From Takakia lepidozioides (Eukaryota; Plantae; Bryophyta), in the NCBI GenBank assembly GCA_030704615.1, contig CM060734.1:51398001-51462000 (forward strand): a DNA stretch of 64,000 bases, given 5' to 3'. Each line of letters starts with the position of its first letter. Positions within the stretch are counted from its first letter, which is position 1. The position numbers were made by a program, and so were the translations under genes. Under the pieces are notes generated by a model. The model ran no database searches and had not been told where the DNA came from. It was given only the letters and a program-made list of their open reading frames with translations. This document shows positions 50,986 to 63,340 of this stretch, piece by piece.

Positions 50986-51692
50986 TTGTGTGGACTAGTG
51001 ACTGCCATAGTGGGCAGTGTAGTGACAGCCTAGTGACTGACTAGTTGTAGCCTAGTGGTTGGACTAGTGGCTAGACTAGTGGTAGACTAGTGGTATACTA
51101 GTGTGTGGTGTGCACATGTGTTGTGTGGTTTTGGACAGCGATGTAGTTGTGTAGCGATATGTATGCGCACGACAGCTGTCAAGTTATTTTACCACTAGTG
51201 TGAAACTAGCTAGGAAATAGCTAGCTTTTACATATTGACATTTGGGATTGGCCCAAGTGTCAATCCAGGGGTCAAAGCAGATTTAGGCCCTGGAGTGGTT
51301 ATCTTCACGGCAAGCGCGGGAGGCTCATCTTTCTCGAGTTGAGCCTCACCGCGCCTAGCTATGGCGCCGTAGTGTGGATTCCCCATGGCGTGGGGTGCAC
51401 TTGGCTTGACTTGTATTTGAGTGATGAGGTTATATATGCATGAGTTTATGCTTCAGCTTTGTGAGCTCGCATGAGCTTGTGCTTGTATTCTTCTTCTTTA
51501 TCATTGTGTGGACTAGTGACTGCCATAGTGGGCAGTGTAGTGACAGCCTAGTGACTGACTAGTTGTAGCCTAGTGGTTGGACTAGTGGCTAGACTAGTGG
51601 TAGACTAGTGGTATACTAGTGTGTGGTGTGCACATGTGTTGTGTGGTTTTGGACAGCGATGTAGTTGTGTAGCGATATGTATGCGCACGACA
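50986..51692 (+). repeat. Right terminal structure B1 (50986-51174) - GC - A2 (51177-51503) - B2 (51504-51692)
   Basis: B1 and B2 are 189-bp direct repeats. The B1/A2 junction is the palindrome GACAGCTGTC. Confidence 0.95.
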
Positions 51693-52226
51693 GCGTGGAT
51701 AGGGTAGATGGCTTGTACGAGTATTCATATGTGGGACATACCCTGATCCTAGGCATGAGTAAGTCAAATTTTAAATGAAGATACTAGGTCTATATATGCA
51801 AGTGTATGGTATGACAAATTAGGAGTATATATTATGTATGTGTAAAGATAGGATATGTAGAGAATGATTTCTTCATTTTTTTTGGAATTAAGATATAGTG
51901 TTATTTTCTACATTAATGCACAAATGTGAATGAGGATAAGCACAAATAAATTGTATCGTTACACATACCCATGCTAGCTTGGGTTCATCAATCCTCAATA
52001 CAAGACTGAAGGAGTATGAAAATAGTCCATACTTATAGTGGTATGGTAGGTAGGGAGTAGGTCCACTGTTCAACATCCGGGGGTATAAGGTATAGTCGGG
52101 GTATAAGCCCCAAGACATACCCAACCGGTATGTTCTACAATACCCTTATTTATACTCATACTCATCAATTCAATATTCTCATGTTGTGTGTTTGAATCGT
52201 GTATTTCTTCTTAATTTTCCTATAAG

Positions 52227-52892
52227 GTTTACAAGCAGCGGCGTTGGCATGGCCCTGCAATCCTTGCGGCTTTGCGGAAGGAATTTACAGGGCGTGAGAT
52301 CACAATTGAGGAGGCTACGGTATTTGTATCAACTATTGGTAAGAATGAGAGCACACCCTTGCAGATACAACAGACGTTTCGCAACTGGGTATATCGTAAA
52401 CGTGCACAGAAACACACCCCTTCGCAGGTAAATACCACTCCACTTGTGTACATGTAATGGATATAATTGTAAGTTTGATTTTCAAATCTATATGTTATTT
52501 GGATTTCTTAACATTCATTTCGGCATGTGTTACATATGTAGTGGAGGATGTTGGTGAGGCAGAGACCCTTGACGAGTGTAGCCCAGGAGGCTGAGACTAA
52601 CCGTCATGTGTTTTCTCGGTCGAAGCGGCGTGCGCAACCTCTTCCACCTGACGAAAGTATTGACCCTTCAGCCTCGATTACACATACTACAGTTGTAGGT
52701 CGTGGAGGCCGTGCCAGCCGTGGATGTTGTGGAGGTCGGGCACTGCCTCTTCCACTTGACGAGAGTATTGATCCTTCAAGCCCCATTACACATACTACAG
52801 TTGTAGGTCGTGGGGGTCGGGGCCGTGGAGGCTGTGGAGGTCGGGCACCGGCGAGACCACGACCCTCATTCACACATTCCATTGTGGATTAG
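52227..52892 (+). CDS. Two in-frame exons (52227-52427, 52542-52892) of a putative homeodomain-like protein with a duplicated RG-rich tail; 5' part not resolved
   Basis: TAAG| acceptor, CAG|GTAAAT donor, TAG| acceptor, all phase 0. LAALRKEF...ITIEEA..FV..IG...QIQQTFRNWVYRKR resembles homeodomain helix spacing. Confidence 0.4.
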
Positions 52893-53049
52893 TTCACTAC
52901 GTTGACATTATCATTGTGAGAGCATATCGGATATACACCATTATATTCACATAGTGATGTATCTCTCATATATTGTTGGTGGTGACGTGTCAAATTATGT
53001 GTTTATGTGTATCATTTATATGCACTATCTATGCACCCAAATTCATCCA

Positions 53050-55130
53050 AGTGTGAATCTTTGCACGAGCAAGTAACGCCTACATTCATACGTTCTACAA
53101 TACCATATTAAACCATAAAAATCATTGCACTCGTGAACTTAGAAACCACGATCCATATGATTTTAGTTGGATTTGAAACTTTACATGAGCAATTACCACC
53201 TACATTTTTAGGTCCTACAACAATATCGTGTACAACAAAAATGGTTACACCAGTGAACTTAGAAAACGTCGTCCGTACGATTTTGGATTTGAAACTTTAC
53301 ATGAGCAACTAACACCTACATTCATAGGTCCTGCAACAATATCATTAACAACAAAAATGGTTATACCAGTGAACTTAGATAATGCTGTCCATACGATTTT
53401 AGTTGGATTTGAAATTTTACATGAACAACTAACACCTACATTCATAGGTCCTGCAACAATATCATGAACAACAAAAATGGTTACACCAGTGAACTTAGAA
53501 AACGCCATCCGTACGATTTTAATTGGATTTGAAACTTTACATGAATAATTACCACCTACATTCTTAGGTTCTGCAACACTCTACAACAATATCATGAACA
53601 ACAAAAATGGTTACACTAGTGAACTTAGATAACGCCGTCCATACGATTTTAGTTGGATTTGAAACTTTACATGAGCAAATAACACCTACATTCATAGGTC
53701 CTGCAACAATATCATGAACAACAAAAATGGTTACACCAGTGAACTTAGAAAATGTCATCCGTACGATTTTAATTGGATTTGAAACTTTACATGAGCAACT
53801 AACAGTTACATTCCTAGGTCCTGCAATTATATCATGAACAACAAAAATGGTTACACCAGTGAACTTAGAAAACGCCGTCCATACGATTTTAGCTGGATTT
53901 GAAACTTTACATTAGCAACTAACACCTTCATTCATAGGTCCTACAACAATATCATGAACAACAAAAATGGTTACACCAGTGAACTTAGAAAACGCCATCC
54001 GTACGATTTTAGTTGGATTTAAAACTTTACATGAGCAACTTACACCTTCATTCATAGGTCCTGCAATAATATCATGAACAACAAAAATGGTTACACTAGT
54101 GAACTTAGAAAACGCATCCGTACGATTTTAGTTGGATTTGAAATTTTACATGAGCAATTTACACCTACAGTCCTAGGTCCTGCAACCATATCTTGAACAA
54201 CAAAAATGGTTACACCACTGAATTTAGAAAACGCTGTCCATACGATTTTAGTTGGATTTGAAACTTTACATGAGCAACTTACACCTTCATTCATAGGTCC
54301 TGCAACAATGTCATGAACAACAAAAATGGTTTCACCACTGAACTTAGAAAACGCCATCCGTACGATTTTAGTTGGATTTGAAACTTTACATGAGCAACTT
54401 ACACCTACATTCCTAGGTCCTGCAACCATATCATGAACAACAAAAATGGTTACACCAGTGAACTTAGAAAACGCCGTCCGTACGATTTTAGTTGGATTTG
54501 AAACTTTACATGAGCAACTTACACCTATATTCCTAGGTCCTGCAACCATATCATGAACAACAAAAATGGTTACACCAGTGAACTTAGAAAACGCCGTCCG
54601 TACGATTTTAGTTGGATTTGAAACTATACATGAGCAACTAACACCTTCATTCATAGGTCCTGCAACAATATCATGAACAACAAAAATGGTTACACCAGTG
54701 AACTTAGAAAACGCCATCCGTACGATTTTAGTTGGATTTAAAACTTTACATGAGCAACTTACACCTACATTCATAGGTCCTGCAACAATGTTATGAACAA
54801 CAAAAATGGTTACACTAGTGAACTTAGAAAACGCCGTCCATACGATTTTAGTTGGATTTGAAACTATACATGAGCAACTAACACCTACATTCATAGGTCC
54901 TGCAACAATATCCTGAACAACAAAAATGGTTACAACAGTGAACTTAGAAAACACCATCCGTATGATTTTAGTTGGATTTGAAACTTTACATGAACAACTA
55001 ACACCTACATTCCTACGTCCTGCAAAAATATCATAAGCAACAAATTTCATTACACCGACATATTTAGAAAACACCATTTGTATGATTTTAGTTGGGTGTG
55101 ACACTTTGCACCAGCAATGAACATGTACAT
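53050..55130. repeat. 120-bp tandem satellite, about 17 units
   Basis: Unit aacaacaaaaatggttacaccagtgaacttagaaaacgcc...ggtcctgcaacaatatcatg; the edge units are more diverged. Confidence 0.97.
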
Positions 55131-55275
55131 TCATATATATATATATATATATACAGTTGGCATGATGTCATAAATGTCTAAAACTCGTTGCATTTCCAAT
55201 AATACATTAACACCAGTGAAATAGCAAAACAATGTATACATCAATGATAGTCATATCTTATACGAAAGTCATGGC

Positions 55276-58005
55276 CTAACGAGTCTGCTGAAGCTTATCA
55301 ATCTCCATAATTGTGTACAGACCTATGTATCGACCTAATCTGTGATCCCATGTGAAAGACACCTGCAAATGTGGCCAACGAGCACTATGCTGATACCAAC
55401 GAAAAATCATAGTCGATGTTACTCTCACTCGAGCAGGATGAGGGATCTCCTCTGTAGGCTCCATGATGATGCACTTTGGAAATGAACTCCAAGGATAGAA
55501 AATATGCTCACGCAACCGATCATACCCCCGAATGGTGATCTGGTGCACAGCTGGAGTCAAAGCCAACAATGGGCTGAATACACTAGCCCATGTATCACTA
55601 TCCCAAGGTACGTCTACATATCCAAAAGATTGGTAATGACCATCGAAAAATAAACGCACGTAAATCTGTCGACCTACCACTATCCTAAATAGGATGAAAC
55701 GTACGTGAGGCTGCGGGATGAGTAGGGAAGATGACAATGCACCAGCGGTAGCAGTGAATTCACGACTACTGGCCATACTTCTCACAATGGCCTCATCAAA
55801 ACCTCTCTGTCGCAAGATGGAACTGGAGAGGTGGGAATAAGAAAATACTCGCAAAAGTATGCCAACTCAAATGGCACACGACCAGACCACCTCTCATAAC
55901 TGCGACGTGTGTAAAACATGTCCATGATACCTACAAGTTGTACACACACATGACTTCGAATCAGATGCATGGATAACTTATGTAAATCCAAAAATGCAAC
56001 ATGTATCATTGCAGAACAAACTCTATTCAATATGATACATATTTTTTTGCACACGTACGCGGATACTATACATACCACGTATGTCGTCCACATGATAGAT
56101 AAATCTCTCGGTCGTGTAGTAGACCTCCGCTCGTTTCGATCGTCGAGCAGGTGGAGGCAACGCCGAATCAATGAAGTCTGGGATCGTACAACCTCTATCT
56201 CTAAGATCGCTTAAGGTCATAAATCGGCGACCCCAAACGTAGGGGACACCAACCTCATCCATCACACACTCTAAAACCTCAGTGACTCGTAACAACCCAT
56301 CCACCGTGACTCCCACACCATCACAAGCCACATACCGTGCATATGAACCTGGATAGAAATATGTCCTCACCCCCTGTACTGTAATTGCATGTGCGTCAAC
56401 CCTAAGAAAGCGGCGACCCTCAAAGTATCGAACCCCTCCCGCAACACACAACAACGGTGGAACCACATCGTAAGTGCCATCTACGTATGACGCCCGACGA
56501 GACCGCATTGCAGGGGGCGCATCAATAGGGATACTCAACAACAACTGCTCCAACTCGTCATACTGAGGGGAAATGAGCATGAACCCTCCAAAGTCATCCG
56601 CATAAGCCATCCGTGTGGTGATAACAACATATGAAGGCTGCTCGTAGTAAACTCCCCCAACATAAAAATATGGACTGACATGGCCACGATCCAATCCTAA
56701 AAGCAATAACGAATGAGGAGTGGTCGCTGGCCAAGGAAGAACCTGGGCTAACTGCACTCGCCTACGCATATCACCATCCATGACCAAAATCGCAACAGTA
56801 CGCTGCTCAGGAATGACCCCAATGCAAGAGCGAATAGGACTATCAACTGTGAACGTATCGTCATGACAGTCCGCTTGTGATGACTGACGTGGATCTGGTA
56901 TGGCTGCATGAATCAGAGGCTCCTCATGTACTGGCGAATCTGGGCAATGATCCTCATAAAATGGAGATGAGGTCCTCCATGCAAGTCTGTGAACGCCAAT
57001 CTATCGTCCTTTAGGCGTCTCTGGCCCTCAGTCAAAACCTCTCGCTGTCTCTGTACCTCTCGAGTCTGTATCTCAAGCTCATGTCTCTGTCTCTCGATGT
57101 CCTGTCTCAGACTCTGCAGCTCAGAACGCTCCCTCAGTATCTCCCGCCTATCTCTCTGCACATCGAGTCTGTCTCTCTCAACCTCTCGACTTTGTATAAG
57201 CAGTCTTGGCTGAGACACAAACAATCGCCTAATGCGATCTCCCTGAATACCGGATGCAGAACTGGCTGGCACCTGACGTGTAGAATGAGGTGATGTAGGA
57301 ATGACTCTCTGTGACATGGAAACACTATGCATGATGGAACTACGAGCATCTGTTGTACGTGGGATGTCACGAGGTAGAAGACCTAAAATCAACCTCTGCT
57401 GAGGAGTAGATGTGGTGGCCACTCTCGTACGATAGCCATATAACTCTGTGCAAATCAACAGCTGCCACGACACCAGGCCGTATGTACCGATGTCGACGTG
57501 GTCTACTAACATCCTGCATGCCCTCGTGAGCCACACGAACACTCAAAGGAGTAGGACTATGCACGATCTCATGTACAGCTCGAGGTGCACAAGCAGCCGG
57601 AGACGAAAGATCAGGCAAGAGTGCAGAATGCATAATACCCTCTTGTCGTTCTTGCTCATTCTCTCTCTCATGTATCACTCCGTCAGCTTCTCTGTCCACC
57701 TGAGCTTGTCTGTCACGAGATGCCCTATTTATTCCCCAAGCCTCTTTAATCAAGCCATCAATCATGTTTGGATCGGACAATGACAAAGCGGGTGAGCCAG
57801 AGCGGGATACGGATTCTCGTTCGTGCCTCAAGGTCTCTCGTAATGCATGCAAATCCGCACGTGCCCTGCTAAAATCTCTCGAGGGACTAGACAGATCTGT
57901 TGCTTTACCTCTGTCTCCGATTAAAGCACCTTCACCGACCAAGCTGTCAGCCAAGTTGCGAACAACTCGTTTCATAGGCTCTTGACCCTTCGCCATTTCA
58001 ATCAC
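55276..58005 (-). other. Cluster of four closely packed orphan ORFs (55276-55854, 56023-56787, 56913-57542 coiled-coil, 57367-58005)
   Basis: Same strand, 190-250 aa each, splice acceptor TTTGTAG at 58006. No family recognised. Confidence 0.4.
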
Positions 58006-58833
58006 CTACAAATGTTACACACAATACACATGATTTGTACATACAAAATACGTAAGACAACAGGCGTGTATATTTGACATGTTCTATTTTTTTTTATGTT
58101 AATTGCGTAAGTAACCAAGATGTCAAGGACTTCCTACACGACGACACAGAGAGAATATGGTAACCAGCTTCACCCCTCGAGAAAGAACTACGTCATATCT
58201 CTGATCTGACCCGCGGGCCAGCCATGCAGTGCCACCAGTACACTGACGGAGGTATCATCGCTTACAACCATATCTCTTTCATCTGTGCCGCGTTGTAAGA
58301 AGCCACATGCGAAGCCCATCTTGCTTCCAAGGACTTGTTTTTCATTTCAGTGATGGATGAATTGTTATGTAGTCTATGCAGTTACTTCTCACAACGGACA
58401 CGGGAAACAACTATATCTAGTCATATCATAGTCACATCTAGTCTCCTACATTTAGAGTCTCCGCCTAGTTGCAAGTCGCATGTTTTGGAGACTACGATCG
58501 AAGAAATTGAACATGAACCTTAAAAGTGCAGACGATAACCTCACAAGAAGATCAAACTAAAAGAATTTTCATTGCATGTGATGTGTACGACAGAGACATA
58601 CAACAATGGACGGAAAGCCGACTTCGTCCTCAAGCAGCTTGCAGGTAACTAGGTAACTGGGCCTCCAACTTTCTTTCCGGTTCCACGACCTGGGGAGAGA
58701 GAGGGGGAAGATTAAAAAATCACCAAACAGAAATAAAGAGAAGAGGGAGAAAGGAGAGTGACAAGGAGGAAGAGATAGTGGTGAAGAAGAAAAAAACATC
58801 AAGCAAGAAGCCAACGAGTGTAGGGATTTACCT

Positions 58834-58860
58834 GCGGCGGCGGCGGCGGCGGCGGCGGCG
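58834..58860. repeat. (GCG)9 microsatellite
   Basis: Seen directly; adjacent to a minus-strand CAG|GTAAAT donor-like site. Confidence 0.9.
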
Positions 58861-58979
58861 TGCTTGTTGCTTGATTGCCCCTGCCCGCGCGCTACCTGCC
58901 AGCCACCAACACACCACCATTCAAGGTCAAAACAGAAGGAAAGAAGAGAGGAAGAAAAGAGATTGACAAAGAGGCTGAT

Positions 58980-60600
58980 AACAGAGAAAAATAGGCTGAA
59001 ATGTATTGAAGAAGGTGCCTTACCAGTACCTGGTTCTATCAATTGTGCTGTTGCCGCTACTGTTTCCAGTTGACCATCTACCCAGGCAGGTTTCTTGTAG
59101 CCACATGGAATTATCATAACAGGGAATTATCATAAGTAATCTTGTGTTGGAAATCTGGCCCTCTTGGATGAATCTGGATCTCTATCCCTGGTCCTTCACG
59201 TATCCCTGACCGTGTACAAATCATGAATACATCCCTCAGCCTCTTGCTAGCAGCTGACACTGATGGCTGAAGTTCTTCCAGCAAACACCCCAACCCTACT
59301 TATCCACCTACGAGCTAACTTGCTGAATTCAACCTAAGAACTTAGGGACGATTGTGATAACAGGGAAAAACAAGCTGAAATGTGTTGAAGAATGTGCCTT
59401 ATCAGAGCCTGGTTCTATCAATGGTGCTGCTGCCGCTACTGTTTCCAGTTGACCATCTACCCAGGCAGGTTCCTTGTAGCTACTGATGATCCACAAACAA
59501 TTGTGTTTTCAGGCCCTGGATGAATCAACCTCTATCCCTGGTCCTTCACCCTATCCCTGGCACGTGCACAAATCATGATGAAGACATCCCTCAGCCTCAT
59601 TGCTAGCAGCTGACACTGAATGGCGTGAAGTTCTTCCAGCAAATACCCCACCCCTACTTATTCCAGCAAACACCCCAACCTTACTTATCCACCAACAAGC
59701 TAACTTGCTGAATTCAACCTAAGAATTTAAGGACGACTCTGAGAACAGGGAAAAACAAGCTGAAATGTGTTGAAGAAGGTGCCTTACCAGAGCCTGGTTC
59801 TATCAATGGTGTTGCTGCCGCTACTGTTTCCAGTTGACCATCTACCTAGGCAGGTTCCTTGTCACTGGTCATCCACAAGCAATTGTGTTTGAAATCAGGC
59901 TCTCTTGGATGAATCAACCTTTATCCCTGGTCCTTCACCCTATCCCTGACCATGCACAGATCATGAAGACATCCATCAGCCTCATTGTTAGCAGCTGACA
60001 ATGAATGGCGTGAAGTTCTTCCAGCAAATACCCCACCCCTACTTATTCCAGCAAACACCCCAACCTTACTTATCCACCAACGAGCTAACTTGCTGAATTC
60101 AACTGCAAAATTTAGGGACGACTCTGAGAACAGGGAAAAACAAGCTGAAATGTGTTGAAGAAGGTGTCTTACCAGAGCCTGGTTCTATCGATGGTGCTGC
60201 TGCCGCTACTGTTTCCAGTTGACCATCTACCCAGGCAGGTTTCTTGTAGCTACTGATCCACAGGGATTTGTGTTTGAAGTCCGGCCCTCTTGGATGAATC
60301 GACCGCTATCCCTGGTCCTTCACCTATCCCTGACCGTGCACAATCATGAATACATCCCTCAGCCTCATTGCTAGCAGCTGACACTGATGGCGTGAGGTTC
60401 TTCCAGCAAACACCCCAAGCCTACTTATCCACCAACGAGCTAACTTGCTGAATTCAACCTAAGAATTTAGGGACAACTCTGATAACATCGAAAAACAAGC
60501 TGAAATGTGTTGAAGAATGTGCCTTACCAGTGTCTGGTTCTTTCAATTGTGTTGCTGCCGCTACTGTTTCCAGTTGACCATCTACCCAAGCAGGTTTCTT
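58980..60600 (-). repeat. Tandem array (about 4.3 units of 355-385 bp) of a PPR-gene exon plus intron
   Basis: The exon-like part ends ...KPAWVDGQLETVAAA..IEPG(S/T), followed in most units by G|GTAAG. Homologous to 22780-22960. Confidence 0.85.
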
Positions 60601-61184
60601 GACGGCGTGAAGTTCTTCTACATGAGATATTCATTACAATCTGCGGTTCAAACCCTCCTGATTAGGTGACATGAAACAAACTACCACTGTGATATCCAAC
60701 TAAGAAATACCAATCCCAGTGGGATTCATATCAACAGCTCCGTGGCTCTTTGATGTAGTACCCCTAACTGCCAGTCAAGCGAGAGCCAGAGGGATGGATT
60801 CGTGGAGTTTCACCCACCTTGTATGTGCAAGTCATCTTGAAGTTGCCATAGCGCTCCTGCACAACCACAACAATCTGATTACAGGAAGTAAGAGCCGATA
60901 TAGACATCATGCAGGAAATTAACTAGCCCTCGGTCCAGCCACTTGAGACTGCCCTGTAAGAAAATTGCTGCCCGTGTGCTCTTTCACTTGTGACAACAAT
61001 GCCTTGTCTCTACCTCCACCTTGGTTTCAGGCCTGCTCCACTATGCCAGACGGACAGTCACCTATTCATTCGGACTTTTATAAACTTGACATTTCAAGAC
61101 ATGTCTCCTCTTGAACGCAGTAAACTGAATGGCTGCAAAGGTAGAAGCTTACCTTTTACAGCGTCTGATGAATCATGAGAGGGC

Positions 61185-61400
61185 AAAACAGGCTGAAATA
61201 GGTCGAAGAAGAAGCCCTCACCACATCATCCTTGACCTTGTGTCACGACCCCTGGAGGATTTGACCGCCCCTCAACCCGAAATGACCTCTTGTGTGTGCT
61301 GCTTGTGTCTGTAGTCAGATAATGTCTGTGAGAACCACCACGGTGCAGTTGAGCAGGCACAGATTGAAACACGGCCTGCTAAGACCAAGCTAGCTCTCCC
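61185..61400 (-). repeat. Paralog of the 24410-24650 PPR upstream exon
   Basis: Shared acctcttgtgtgtgctgcttgtgtctgtagtcag and cctgctaagaccaagct. Confidence 0.8.
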
Positions 61401-62569
61401 TCCCTAGTTCTCCCTTATGACTACTTTCATTCAGGAGGTTGTGATGGCGGGCCACCAGAAGCAAGAACCTTATAAACATCATGAAGAATAACAAATCGTG
61501 GTACTAACAGGAGCCAAGACCCCACATTTGCAGGATGGACACACTTCTTCACATCGTACATTAAGGAAAACCCACACCTGTTCAGACCTGCACGCCGCCG
61601 CCCGAGTGATGCCTTCCTCCCTCGCGTGGCCTCCTCTGCAGAAACACACAACGGCGGGAGAGTGACTTGCTGGCGGGAGAAGTGCGACGGGACTGTCACT
61701 CCGTTGGTCCATGCCAACAGCGAGGCAGGGACCAACGGATGAAGCCAAAATGGTTCATCCTGGCTTTCCAGGAAATTTTTTGTCTTCTAACATTACGTTC
61801 TTTTGGACTGACTTGCTTGTTTAACGTGTCCTCTAACCTAAGGTAACCTGCTAGAATTTAGCCTAATCCTAGGCTATCTTAGGCATTACAAAAGGAGAAA
61901 CTCTTATTAGTTCTAGAATGTTATGGTTGGCCCAAACCTCAAATATCAGGTCCCAAAGAAAAAGTGAGAAAGAAATTGGTTTGACCAAATCAAAACCTAG
62001 CTTTATCCAATTTTGCTTGCCCCAAGACCCACCATTTCCAAATCAATAGTGGAGTGGCTATGACCCCACTAAATTGCAGGTCCAACTGTTTTTTTCACCT
62101 ATGCTTGCTATTCATGCAATTACATGGGGGTTGAAAAATCTAAACTGACAAGAGAAAATGTGCCTCCAAATGAAGTACTTTATTTTCTACAAATTTTTTA
62201 AAAGCCAAAGGTTGATGTGTGTATGGAATGTTTGCACACCACAAGGTGAAGCGCTTTTTCCAAAATTGCTAAATTTCCGCCAAAAATGGCCTTTGGAGTG
62301 CAATCTGTTTTGGGCTTGTTTACCTGCCACGTCAGCGGTCAACAAGCCCTTTTCAGGCCCAAAACGTAAATGAGAGATCTAAGATATTTTCTGTAGGTCG
62401 AAGCTTTTGTTTTTTTTTAGTTTTGTTTTTTTGCATCATACTCTAGACAAATCCCTTGTCATTAAAGCTTAAGGAGTGGGCCCCATCAGATTAAATCTGC
62501 AAAAATTAGGTTGAACTGCAAATTCAAAGTGACCCGATTCAGGTAGCTTGGGAACTTAAGGGTTAATCA

Positions 62570-63340
62570 TTCACATATCGATTATCACTCTATCCATCAT
62601 CGATCAACAAATATCCCATTTGAATTAAACATATTTTATTTTCACTTACTACACTTATTTATATATATCAATACATATTTTATCGTTCTATGTTCATAAT
62701 TCAATTTAAAAAATATTTATATAATACACATAACATCTATATGTATTATTGACATAGGTATTTGTCTCAAATATTATAAATAAAATGACCTATAAAATTA
62801 TATTGAATAATTTAAATAGAATAATATATAATATAATAATTAAAATAACATATTATCATATTGGATAATGTCCCAATCTCAGATTTCATCATTCCAATTT
62901 AAATCCAATTAATCGAGTTATTTATTATATTACATCTCAGAAACTTCAAAATATAGTAAATATATTATTTATGTAAATAAATTTATTTAAACTATTAATA
63001 ATTATAATAAATAATTATTATTTAAAAAATAAAATAATTATATAAATAAATATACAAATAATAAATAAATATATAATATAATTAAATCTATAATATTTAC
63101 TTATAGTATTTAATAATAATAATGATATATTTAAATCTTATGTATTCAATCATATATTTTATTGTATTATATACTATATTAATAAAATTATACTTATAAT
63201 GAAATATATTTATATTTAAAATAAATTATTATATAATATATAACAACATATTATTATTCTATATCATGTCTTCAACCTCACATTTCATCATTCCAATTAG
63301 TTCAAAATCCATTCAATCAAGTTATTTATTATGTTACATT
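62570..63340. other. Extremely AT-rich tract with a duplicated block of about 60 bp (near 62880 and 63280)
   Basis: Base composition; atttcatcattccaatt...gttatttattat..tacat occurs twice. Confidence 0.7.

Larger units (their letters stand above)
39138..51692 (+). mobile_element. Ty3/gypsy-type retroelement with C5-DNA methyltransferase and split direct repeats (A1...B1-A2-B2)
   Basis: TGTC...GACA ends, TSD GCGT (39134-39137, 51693-51696), domain order gag-PR-DNMT-RT-RH-INT. Confidence 0.93.
37782..62562. mobile_element. Candidate giant non-autonomous piggyBac-type element with cargo
   Basis: Perfect 14-bp TIRs CCCTTAAGTTCCCA (37782-37795) and TGGGAACTTAAGGG (62549-62562), each abutting TTAA. 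AT-rich DNA resumes on both outer sides. Confidence 0.7.

Noticed and set aside
39138-51692. DIRS/Ngaro tyrosine-recombinase element
   Set aside because: Despite the split repeats it has a protease, gypsy RT-RH-INT order, a DDE integrase, a PPT and a 4-bp TSD. No tyrosine recombinase motifs were seen.
54091-55134. 347-aa Cys-containing repeat protein
   Set aside because: Explained by a stop-free 120-bp unit. Unit differences are often non-synonymous and indels break the frame further along the array.
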